Below are positions 34,753 to 43,280 of a stretch of 64,000 nucleotides of DNA, one piece after another. The DNA is taken from positions 1-64,000 of IMG/VR virus record IMGVR_UViG_3300037504_000201, one strand, 5' to 3'. Within the stretch, counting starts at the first letter, position 1; each line of letters starts with the position of its first letter. The notes under the pieces are model-generated. The model did no database searches. It saw only the letters and a list, made by a program, of their open reading frames with translations, and was not told where the DNA came from. Source of the DNA: a virus. Taxonomy: Duplodnaviria > Heunggongvirae > Uroviricota > Caudoviricetes. Made by a program: the position numbers and the translations under genes.

Positions 34753-36246
34753 TTAGCTCAGATTGGAGCCTTCACCGGCCCCAAAAATCTTCTCGATCCA
34801 GGTCGTGGTCACGACGTCACCGACCACCCACGCAAGATTGGCGTGGCACACGTGGCATGCGTTCAAGCCGGTATTGCTGGCGCCGGTGTCCTGCGCCGTC
34901 CACGTCATCCCGCCGTCCTCCGAGCGATACACCACGTCGTCGCTACCCGAATCGTCCACGAGCAGATACAAGATGTAATGATAATCCGGGTCGATCTGGA
35001 TATCGTTAATCGCCGATATGGTGTCGGGCAATGAGATGGTGGTGAACGTGTCGTCTTCGGTCTTGGTGTATTTGAGCGATGTGCCGTCAATGACAAACAC
35101 ATACCCGGCATAGTTGACGCACACACCGCCACCGTTACCGCTTAGCGTGCCCGCGGAGGTCCACGTCTTGGCGTTGTCCTCTGAGTAATAGAACTCATTA
35201 GAGTCGCCCACCGCCCAGATTTTGCCGTCGGTCGGGGACACTGCGAACGCGCGCACGTCGTTGGAGCCTCCGTAGGAACCAAGGCTCCAAGAAGCACCCT
35301 TGTCGGTAGAGTACACAACCTCTCCCTGGTCCGTCCCGGCGACCAATAGGCCGTCGTGGACTTTGATCGCGGCGGTGACAAACTCTGCGTCATAGTCAGA
35401 GTCGCCACTCATCAGCTCGACCTCGGTCCAGTTGGTGCCCCAATCGTCAGTGTAGATTGCGACTGGGTTTTCTGCGGCTGCCGTTTCGGTGCGGAACACG
35501 ATCACGCGCTTGGCAAGCGTCTGTGGCAAATCCACGCCCAACGGGAAGCCTACGTTTTCATAGGTCCCGTCAGTCAATGGCGTTGCCGCGGCAGCCGTCC
35601 ACGTCGCGCCATAGTCGGTCGTTAGCAACACGTTCGCCTCGGCGGCGGCGTCAGCGTCGGCGGTGATGACGCCATACTCGCCAGCGTCACGCGCCATTAG
35701 CCCGCCGTCAATCGGCTCGAAGAAAAACACACCGTTGCCCAGCTGGTCTTCGGTGGTGGTCTGGCGTGAGGCGTCGAGCGACTTTAGCTCAAATCCGTGC
35801 ACGCCCGTGGCGGACACTTGCATCATCATGCGCGACACGTCACCGGACTGGAGCGGCTTGGACCCATCGAATGCCGGGCCGCCCAATGACGCCTGCGTCC
35901 AAATGTACGCCACGTCATAGTTCTCCAAGTCGGTCTCGGCACCCCACCGCGCATAGTTCACGCGCAGATTGATTGGCCCTTTCTTGCGCAGCATGTCCAA
36001 ATAGTTCTTCTCGCGCAGCGGGCGGGACATCTGGAAGCCGGGGTCGATCTTGCCGCCCGGCAACACGCGCCGATTGACAAAACGCCCGCGCCGTCCAGGG
36101 TCAGAACACTGCACCGGACTACCCGGCTCCTGCCCGGATAGCTGCATGTTGCTGATCATCGAGCAACCCAGCCACTTGGGCGTGTCGTCGGGGTAGACTT
36201 GATAAAAGATACTTGCTTCACTGTTAAAGAATTCCTCGTTACTCAT
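34753..36246 (-). CDS. tail protein with BNR/Asp-box beta-propeller repeats (in the major tail protein position)
   Basis: Repeats TDYGATWT, DDWGTNWT, STDKGASWS, SEDNAKTWT, SEDGGMTWT. RBS GAGGTGAAGG. Confidence 0.5.
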   Translation of the reverse strand: MSNEEFFNSEASIFYQVYPDDTPKWLGCSMISNMQLSGQEPGSPVQCSDPGRRGRFVNRRVLPGGKIDPGFQMSRPLREKNYLDMLRKKGPINLRVNYARWGAETDLENYDVAYIWTQASLGGPAFDGSKPLQSGDVSRMMMQVSATGVHGFELKSLDASRQTTTEDQLGNGVFFFEPIDGGLMARDAGEYGVITADADAAAEANVLLTTDYGATWTAAAATPLTDGTYENVGFPLGVDLPQTLAKRVIVFRTETAAAENPVAIYTDDWGTNWTEVELMSGDSDYDAEFVTAAIKVHDGLLVAGTDQGEVVYSTDKGASWSLGSYGGSNDVRAFAVSPTDGKIWAVGDSNEFYYSEDNAKTWTSAGTLSGNGGGVCVNYAGYVFVIDGTSLKYTKTEDDTFTTISLPDTISAINDIQIDPDYHYILYLLVDDSGSDDVVYRSEDGGMTWTAQDTGASNTGLNACHVCHANLAWVVGDVVTTTWIEKIFGAGEGSNLS

Positions 36247-36475
36247 CCTTCACCTCACTTTCGATCTTGGCTTGACGCGGCGGCTTGACCTTCTCCCATT
36301 GCCGGGCCTCGAACGTCTCCACGTCCCGCTCGTCGATTACAACCACCTCACCGGGCGTGGCGTTGTAGCCTTGCCCGCTCACCGGCCCACGAACGTAGGG
36401 GTTGTGGCGCGGCGGGCCGACGTACCGCATTTTTACCCCATCCTTCACTGGAAAACGTCTGCGCGTTTTCGCCAT
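36239..36475 (-). CDS. hypothetical protein
   Basis: RBS GGGAGG, 8 nt before the internal ATG. Confidence 0.4.
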   Translation of the reverse strand: MAKTRRRFPVKDGVKMRYVGPPRHNPYVRGPVSGQGYNATPGEVVVIDERDVETFEARQWEKVKPPRQAKIESEVKDE

Positions 36476-36486
36476 ACACAACCTCC

Positions 36487-37020
36487 CTAGTTACCATATA
36501 CCCGGTCCGTGCTGCGCCGGGTGTCAATCATCAACGTGAACACCCCGGCAAAATATTGTTCTTTGCCATAAGGCCTCACGACCAATCCACTAAAATCTGT
36601 AATCTGTGCGCGTCTCACGCCCGCGTCGTCAAAGTCAAAGTCCTGCCATGCCTCGTCTGCGCCCAGTCCCTCAGCGTTGACCAACTTGGGACGAGCGTCG
36701 AAGGCGGTATAGATGTCGGGTATCAAGTCGTCCAGTGTGCGCGCCGCGTCGCCCACCAAGCCCTGAGTGACCGGAGACACGTACACCACCATCTCCAGCG
36801 TCACGCCCTCAAGCATGTAGCACGACGCGCGCGACCCGACCTCGTTGTCCACGTCGCGCGTCGTCGGGCCTGGCACCGTGATGGTGGACGGCAAATCCTC
36901 CCTGTTCAGCGCGTGCGGCGTCTCGTCGTAGGAGAATGCCGTCTGCCCGCTCACATTCTCATTGAGAATGGACGCAATCTGATCCACTACCGGGCCGTAT
37001 TCAAAATCTCCGCTGGTCAT
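36487..37020 (-). CDS. head-tail joining/tail completion protein (putative)
   Basis: Position. ATGA coupling. Confidence 0.35.
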   Translation of the reverse strand: MTSGDFEYGPVVDQIASILNENVSGQTAFSYDETPHALNREDLPSTITVPGPTTRDVDNEVGSRASCYMLEGVTLEMVVYVSPVTQGLVGDAARTLDDLIPDIYTAFDARPKLVNAEGLGADEAWQDFDFDDAGVRRAQITDFSGLVVRPYGKEQYFAGVFTLMIDTRRSTDRVYGN

Positions 37021-37952
37021 CCTATCAACACCTGATCTTCATCTCTCAGCAAGTACCCGTATCGCTTCGTCTCGCTCCCCACGCCCACCAACACGCGCGC
37101 GTAGGGGGCGATTAGCTCTATCGCCGTCTTGGGGATGGTGAGCGGTATTGAATAATCACCCGTCGCCGTCCCCACCTCGATGGTGCCGAACGGTGCGTTG
37201 GGTAGCTCGCGCAAGTAGTCGGCGGTGATAAGCGTGGCGCGAACAACAGGCATCATAGGGCGATAGATGTAAACCTTGTCGCCCGTCGAGTGCGCCGCCG
37301 CCGTCGATCCGCCTTGCGCGCGCAGGACAGTAAGCTTGTCGGTCGTCGCATTGACGTCGGACACGTACATCCACTCGTCGCCAATCTTGAGCGTCTGGCC
37401 AATCTGGAATCTGGGGTATGTGCCGTCTCCGCTTACCCCGTCGGCGTCGTTGACGGTCAACTCTGTGCCAGAGTCCGTTACGTCCACGGCAAGCGCATCA
37501 AGGCTATCGAGGTAGGCATCAGAGTACTGCTCGTGATAGCCCCATACCCCGGCGATGACGTTGGCCTTGACGAACGTGTCATCGTAGCTCAACGCGTCTG
37601 CGGAGTCGGGCATCATCACCAATCCGAATTTGACCTCGGTGTTGTAACGCCCCTCGCCAGAGATCAGCTCGTAATCGTCGGACGAGATGAGCGTGTTGCC
37701 GTTGTCGGTGTGAAACGTCGTGACGGACAGCAAATCCTCTTCGCCAAAGTCCAGCCGGTCGGCGTACAAGTAATCAAAGTACTTGGTGGCGATGGTCGGA
37801 TAGAACAGCCGCTCACAATAGGTCTCGATGCGCCGGCTTGCAGTCTGCAAGTCACGGATGATGTCCGTGATCTGCGCGTTGCTCAAGTCGACCCGTGCCG
37901 TCGCTATGTGTTTATAGGCGTGGAACTCGTCCACCGTTGCGTAGAGCATCAT
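37017..37952 (-). CDS. virion structural protein
   Basis: ATGA coupling. 311 aa. Confidence 0.4.
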   Translation of the reverse strand: MMLYATVDEFHAYKHIATARVDLSNAQITDIIRDLQTASRRIETYCERLFYPTIATKYFDYLYADRLDFGEEDLLSVTTFHTDNGNTLISSDDYELISGEGRYNTEVKFGLVMMPDSADALSYDDTFVKANVIAGVWGYHEQYSDAYLDSLDALAVDVTDSGTELTVNDADGVSGDGTYPRFQIGQTLKIGDEWMYVSDVNATTDKLTVLRAQGGSTAAAHSTGDKVYIYRPMMPVVRATLITADYLRELPNAPFGTIEVGTATGDYSIPLTIPKTAIELIAPYARVLVGVGSETKRYGYLLRDEDQVLIG

Positions 37953-38416
37953 TTTATCAATAGCTCCAGGAATTGCAGTGCGCCGCCGATCAAGGACAGC
38001 ACGACTAGAACGATGGTCACGTAGACTAGCACCGTCGTTGCCCTCTGATTTTGCCTCACCAAATCCTTAACGTCTCTCAATGCATCCCTCAGAAACTCAA
38101 AATAAACGCTCTCATCATCGCCGTCCAAATAAGCCTTTTCGGGCAGTGGCGGTTGCATCACGCCTTCGTCGATCGCTACCTTGGCAAATATCTTGCGCCA
38201 GAACTCATTATCGCGTCTTAGGACGATAGCGCCGATGAGCTTGTGTAGCGCCATGCGCTGCTCAAAGTGAATAATGAGCTTGCGAACCAGCTTGGATTTA
38301 GGCGAGCCGGGCGCGCACAGCATCTCGGCATCAACCCCAAGGTCGAAGCAGATGTCGCGCAGCTCCTCTTCGTTAAAGTATTGATCGAGAATCTGACCCA
38401 GCTCTTGACGATCCAC
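37949..38416 (-). CDS. hypothetical protein with C-terminal TM helix
   Basis: GTG start with RBS GAGGGG. Helical N-terminus, C-terminal membrane anchor. Confidence 0.4.
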   Translation of the reverse strand: MDRQELGQILDQYFNEEELRDICFDLGVDAEMLCAPGSPKSKLVRKLIIHFEQRMALHKLIGAIVLRRDNEFWRKIFAKVAIDEGVMQPPLPEKAYLDGDDESVYFEFLRDALRDVKDLVRQNQRATTVLVYVTIVLVVLSLIGGALQFLELLIK

Positions 38417-38423
38417 ACGTCAG

Positions 38424-38990
38424 CTACCCCTCGTACTCGTGTATACCGATGTAAAAGTCGAACGTGCCCGTGTTCTCGCCGGGGCACTTGCACCGCGCCC
38501 ACAGCTTGCTTCCAACCGGGGCACGTCCAGTCTGTACTTGGATAATCCCGGCTTCTTTTTGCACAGACGCGGAGTAAATAAACTCAGAGAACTGCCCCGC
38601 CGCCAATCCGGCGGCAAATGAGTCGCCGCGCGCAATCTGGATAAAGTAGGTCGAGGCACGTTCGGTGTCCTCTACAATGCACTGGTGCGGGTCGAAATAG
38701 GCAAAGCCGGACGATACCGGCGTGTCGTCGGAGCCCAGCACTTGAATCGCCGTGCCCCAATCGTCGTTCCCGGCGTCCATCTGGAATGCGCCGCCACCGT
38801 CGCCAATCCGGTCTGCGACGTGCGTCTCGCCAGACGGTGAAGCCGCCGCCTCAAACCAGCGTGCGCCGCCATGCAGGTGCCGCTCAATCTCTTCAACCTT
38901 GTAAGCCAAGCTGTTCGCCGTGCCCTCCAACCCGTCCACAGCGGATTGGTCTAGCTTTAGCGTGTCAACCGGGGGGTTATTCAACGGCAT
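38424..38990 (-). CDS. virion structural protein
   Basis: Internal Met coupled (TGATG) with RBS GGAGGG. Confidence 0.4.
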   Translation of the reverse strand: MPLNNPPVDTLKLDQSAVDGLEGTANSLAYKVEEIERHLHGGARWFEAAASPSGETHVADRIGDGGGAFQMDAGNDDWGTAIQVLGSDDTPVSSGFAYFDPHQCIVEDTERASTYFIQIARGDSFAAGLAAGQFSEFIYSASVQKEAGIIQVQTGRAPVGSKLWARCKCPGENTGTFDFYIGIHEYEG

Positions 38991-39388
38991 CACACACCCT
39001 CCGTCACGAGCAGCGTCTTGGATCCGCTCGCACAAATCGCGTTGACGGCGCCGGTGTACAGGTTGCCCAGCGCGCCGCTCATCTCGTAGCTGCCGCCCGA
39101 TGCGTTGAGCCGAATACCCTCATTCAGCACCGCTGATGCACCGAGCTTGACGTAAATTACCTCGTCGGAGTCGTTGACAAGTAGCAAGTACTTGCGGCTT
39201 GTGTTGGTGGCCTTGGCGGTGGTCGTGGCAGCGCCGACAGTCACGGCGGTGTGGGTGGGCGTGGTGTAGGCGCCGCTCTCGGCAAAGTCCAACCCGCCGA
39301 CGTAGACGACCTCGGCGTGGGTGTCGTCGCCCATGTCCTTGTATCGCTTGTCGATGCGACTAAACGCCTCGAACGTGTAATCAGCCAC
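38990..39388 (-). CDS. virion structural protein
   Basis: GTG start overlapping the upstream stop, with RBS GGAGGG. Confidence 0.35.
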   Translation of the reverse strand: MADYTFEAFSRIDKRYKDMGDDTHAEVVYVGGLDFAESGAYTTPTHTAVTVGAATTTAKATNTSRKYLLLVNDSDEVIYVKLGASAVLNEGIRLNASGGSYEMSGALGNLYTGAVNAICASGSKTLLVTEGV

Positions 39389-39815
39389 TGTCGCCCTCCA
39401 ATCGTTCGCGTAAATCTGCCAGCCGCTTGGGGCCAATGCCGTCGACCTTGAGCAATGTATCGTCGCTGGCGTCGCGCAAGCGCTCAAACGAGTCAAGGCC
39501 CAGCGCCTTCATGAATTCGATGGTGTTTGCCGGCAAGATGTCGTCGAATGTGTCAAGATCGATGACCGCTTCAGGCTCATCGCTGTGCGTCATTGTCACG
39601 GTAGGATAGTGCGCCCATCCGTTGCCAACCATCATCCCAGCGTAGGTCGCACGTGATACCAGCCGGTCTCCGGCCTCGCATGGCACGCCAGACAGCGTCA
39701 CGTCGAGATAAGTACCCGGCACGTCGACCACCACCTCGCGCCCGGCGTTGGGCTTGTCGCCCTTGCCCAGCGCGTTCTGCTCGGTGACCGCGTTGCCCAA
39801 ATCGTCAATGAACAT
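39381..39815 (-). CDS. protein with C-terminal helix-hairpin-helix motif
   Basis: LLKVDGIGPKRLADL is an HhH motif. RBS TAGGAGGG. Confidence 0.45.
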   Translation of the reverse strand: MFIDDLGNAVTEQNALGKGDKPNAGREVVVDVPGTYLDVTLSGVPCEAGDRLVSRATYAGMMVGNGWAHYPTVTMTHSDEPEAVIDLDTFDDILPANTIEFMKALGLDSFERLRDASDDTLLKVDGIGPKRLADLRERLEGDSG

Positions 39816-39824
39816 AGTTCCCTC

Positions 39825-40355
39825 CTACAATACCTTAAACTCTCGCGCGTCCACTTCCATCTGCGAGTCGGTCAAGTGCTCCTTGGCCCGCTCAAGCGCC
39901 AAGTCAACCGCCAACCTTGGCACGTCGCCCAAGATTTTCAATAGCAGCATCCCCAGCTTGTCGGCGCCTGCCACGCCCTTGTCGCGCCCGTAATTCTCGC
40001 CCGGCCCGCCAATGACGGTCGCGCCGGCTTTTTTAAAATAATACGGGAACTTGGTATCAGTAAAGTGACACACACTCGCATACACCACCACGCCCTCAAG
40101 GTTCAGGTCGCGGATGTCGCCAGCGTACAGCGCCTTTACCTTGATGGGGAAGGGGTTAGACGGGATGGAGTTGCCATACAGATAATGCGGGTCGGTCGTC
40201 ATCCCGTGCAGCCCAAGCCACACGAACCGTGCTTGCTCCATCACGCGCGTGTCGAACGTGCGATAGTCGAATGGTGGGCAGGTGACGGGGTGTGTCCCCG
40301 TCGCCCGCCACACCACGTCGGCCTGGCTTGCCATGCAGTAGGCCAAGGTCTTCAT
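39825..40355 (-). CDS. hypothetical protein
   Basis: Internal Met 3 nt after the upstream stop. Confidence 0.35.
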   Translation of the reverse strand: MKTLAYCMASQADVVWRATGTHPVTCPPFDYRTFDTRVMEQARFVWLGLHGMTTDPHYLYGNSIPSNPFPIKVKALYAGDIRDLNLEGVVVYASVCHFTDTKFPYYFKKAGATVIGGPGENYGRDKGVAGADKLGMLLLKILGDVPRLAVDLALERAKEHLTDSQMEVDAREFKVL

Positions 40356-40357
40356 AT

Positions 40358-41311
40358 CTAGTTTGCGTCGCTCCAGGTGCCGGTCTCTTGAAGCGGAATC
40401 CAAAACTCGCCGTCGATAGCCACCAACCATATGCTGTCACCGGCAGTGCCCGCGTTCTGAAGTCTATCAGCCGTTGCGTTGGTCAAGTGGTGCACCTGGT
40501 CCCCCGTCGCCGGCTGAATCGTGATCGTTTGGGCCTCGTAAACGTAAAATCCATACGATAGATCGGTGGTTGCGGACGGCAAAGTAATGGTAATCTCGCC
40601 ACTAGCGCCCTTGTTGTCAATGAGCGCGCCGGACAGCTGTCTGGTAAGCGTGTAATCCGCAGTCTTTGACAGAGACGGCACACGCGCATAGATCGGCATC
40701 AGATAGTAACTGGCCGCTTGAGTGAACGAGATCATATCCTGCCCACCAATCTCCCAATCAATCTGGTCGTCGGTGTCGGCGGTCACTGACGTATCCGCGT
40801 CGGCGTCCAAGTCCAGCTTTTGCCCGTTCAGATCAAAGGTGTCGCTTACAGTCGTAGTGCCGTCCACCGTCACGTTACCCGCCACGTCCAGTGTGGTGAC
40901 ATTGGCGGTGGTCGCCGTCAAGCTCGTGACCGTCTCGGTCGTCACGGTGTTGGTCGTGAGAATGCTGGTCGTAGCTGTAAGATTGGTTGCGGTCAAGTCC
41001 GTGATCGTCGCGTCGGTCAGCGTCATCTCGGAGAACGACGCCGTCCCGGTCCAGGTAAGCGTGCCGTCACCTTCAAGCGTCCCGCCGACCACCCAGGTGT
41101 TGCCACCGTCGGTAGAATAGTTGTCGGTCTGGTAGCCATAGGTGACAATGTCGCCTTCTTCCGGCACATCAGTCGTGGCGGGCGGCGGGGGGTAGTCAAC
41201 GTCCTCGATACCCCACTCGTTCATAAAGTATGCGGCGCCGAGAATGACAACGACGGTGATAACCCATCGCCCCAACTCGAATACCTTGCGCTTCAGTTCA
41301 TCGTTCGACAT
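40358..41311 (-). CDS. membrane-anchored Thr-rich repeat protein
   Basis: RBS GAAGGAG. N-terminal TM helix. Long T/A/D-rich repeats (TDLTATNLTATTSILTTNTVTTETVTSLTATTANVTTLDV). Confidence 0.45.
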   Translation of the reverse strand: MSNDELKRKVFELGRWVITVVVILGAAYFMNEWGIEDVDYPPPPATTDVPEEGDIVTYGYQTDNYSTDGGNTWVVGGTLEGDGTLTWTGTASFSEMTLTDATITDLTATNLTATTSILTTNTVTTETVTSLTATTANVTTLDVAGNVTVDGTTTVSDTFDLNGQKLDLDADADTSVTADTDDQIDWEIGGQDMISFTQAASYYLMPIYARVPSLSKTADYTLTRQLSGALIDNKGASGEITITLPSATTDLSYGFYVYEAQTITIQPATGDQVHHLTNATADRLQNAGTAGDSIWLVAIDGEFWIPLQETGTWSDAN

Positions 41312-41360
41312 ATTTCACTCCTTCGTAAAGGGTGGGGCGGTTAGGCCCCACCCGATTATG

Positions 41361-41819
41361 CTAGTCGTCGCCAGCGTGGCGCATCTGGTTATCGCTCGGG
41401 CACACGCTCGTGGTCTGAGTCACCGGCTTGGACTTTTCGTCCAGCAGATAGGTGATCGTCGCATAGTTGTTGCCGCTCACACCGGATACCACCATCGTGG
41501 CGTACCAGTGGTCAGAGGCCAGCTTGCGATTTTCAACCGTCCACACCGCAACTTGCCCGTCGTCAGTGTCGGCGAACGTCTTCTTCAGGTCCGTCGCATC
41601 AATACTATCCGGCGTCCCGTCGGCGGCTTCAGCAATCTTTAACTCCATGCTGATCCCGTCCGCCAGGTCGCCCAGGGCGACGATGACGTGGAAGCGCTCG
41701 CACTTGCTCACATCGACAAAGCTGCCCGAAGCCGGGTAGTTGCCGTTGGACAAAGCGACTTGCGCGTCAGCGTTACCGACTGCCAGCTTGTATTCGTTCC
41801 CTAAAATCATCCCGTACAT
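41361..41819 (-). CDS. head decoration/accessory protein (putative)
   Basis: Directly downstream of the major capsid gene. Confidence 0.35.
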   Translation of the reverse strand: MYGMILGNEYKLAVGNADAQVALSNGNYPASGSFVDVSKCERFHVIVALGDLADGISMELKIAEAADGTPDSIDATDLKKTFADTDDGQVAVWTVENRKLASDHWYATMVVSGVSGNNYATITYLLDEKSKPVTQTTSVCPSDNQMRHAGDD

Positions 41820-41837
41820 CTCTTGTACCTCCCTATA

Positions 41838-43265
41838 CTAAGCGCTGCACTTGAGTGCGGCGGCTCGCCAAGGCTCCATGAGCTTGCCGCCCACGCGCCT
41901 GCGAATCTGGAACTCGACCTTGTTGATCCCGGTATTGGAGTCGTTGTAGCGCACCACGGACAATCCGGCGCGCTCGACGATGATATACCCGGCCAGGTCG
42001 ATAAACACGATGGGGTAAGCGCTTGCCGCGATGTCGGGCATCGCCTCGGTCTCGGCGACCTGGAACCCGAACAGCCGGTCACCGGATTCGGCGGTGTCAA
42101 AGTAGAAGCGACCGAACCCGTCTTGCCAAAGCTCGATCTCGGCGGCGGTGTCAGAGTTCATCAGCCACACCGCGCGTCTGTCTGCGCGATATTGGCTGGC
42201 GATCTGGCGCCGAAGCTGCTTTGTGGTCGTGATCTGGATGTCATCCGCCACGCCCGTATCCAGCTCGGTGATCCCATCTTCCAGCGTGGTCCCGCCGGGA
42301 ACGATACCGCGCGGCTCACCCGCAACGCCCGTCCCGGCCACAAAGGCGTCGTCCTCGTCAACCGCCAGCGTGGTCGAAACCTGTGCAGAGAAGACGTCCT
42401 CGATGTTCTGCCCGTCCTCAAGGAAAGACACGGACATCGGGACCTTGTAGGTGTACAGCTCGACGGGAATCTCTTCAGTCCCGAAGGTTAGGTTGGTCTC
42501 TTCGGGGCTTTGCGTCTCGTCGCCCCACTTGCCGCGCAGGGCCGTTGGGTAGCGCTCGTCGGTGCTGGCGCCGGTGAGCTTGATCCAGCGCATAGAGCTG
42601 GACACGGTCTGAACGACCGTGGCGCCGTAGCGCCGGACGGCGGTCAGCCCAGCCATGCGAGTGATAATCCGGTCGGCGATTTGCGGAGGGACCGCGTAGC
42701 CGCCCAGAATGTCAACGCCCTCGACCATCGTCGCTTTGACCTCAGAGATGGAGTAGCCGGACTTGACCATGTCCAACACGGTGTCCGGGCTCCAGTATTG
42801 AGAATACAAGCTCTTCAGATCGTAACCCTTGCGTGCGGCGGTCTCGCCCCAGCGCATGTAAGCGGTGAACGCTTGCTTTTGGTCCCACAGCAATTGGCGC
42901 CAGTCGGCGCTCTTGGTGCTGCCGTAGGCCTCGCCCATCACTAGGTCGGTGTGCTCGTCCACGTCGCCGTAGCGCAACACCTGGATGGTCTTGTAGATTT
43001 TGCTCTTGTCGGCGCCTTTGTTCTCGCCTTCCGCCGGTTCGCCACCCATCGGCAATCGGTCGCCGCCGGCGGGTTGCGCGTCGCTCTCGGTCAGCTCGGC
43101 GTAGCTGTCAAGGCTCTTGAGCGCTTCGATTTGCGCCTTGAACTTGTCCAGTTGAGGTTGCACCTCTTCCTGGAACGCCTTTAAGCTCATCTCGCCAGCG
43201 GACATCTTGGCCCGGCTGTCGTCGATGAGTGCCTTCATCTTTTTCTGCAACTCTTGAATCGTCAT
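41838..43265 (-). CDS. major capsid protein (HK97 fold) with N-terminal coiled-coil delta/scaffold domain
   Basis: 475 aa. N-terminal 100-aa coiled coil. Position after the protease. RBS TAGGAGAG. Confidence 0.65.
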   Translation of the reverse strand: MTIQELQKKMKALIDDSRAKMSAGEMSLKAFQEEVQPQLDKFKAQIEALKSLDSYAELTESDAQPAGGDRLPMGGEPAEGENKGADKSKIYKTIQVLRYGDVDEHTDLVMGEAYGSTKSADWRQLLWDQKQAFTAYMRWGETAARKGYDLKSLYSQYWSPDTVLDMVKSGYSISEVKATMVEGVDILGGYAVPPQIADRIITRMAGLTAVRRYGATVVQTVSSSMRWIKLTGASTDERYPTALRGKWGDETQSPEETNLTFGTEEIPVELYTYKVPMSVSFLEDGQNIEDVFSAQVSTTLAVDEDDAFVAGTGVAGEPRGIVPGGTTLEDGITELDTGVADDIQITTTKQLRRQIASQYRADRRAVWLMNSDTAAEIELWQDGFGRFYFDTAESGDRLFGFQVAETEAMPDIAASAYPIVFIDLAGYIIVERAGLSVVRYNDSNTGINKVEFQIRRRVGGKLMEPWRAAALKCSA

Positions 43266-43280
43266 GATTTCTCTCCTATT

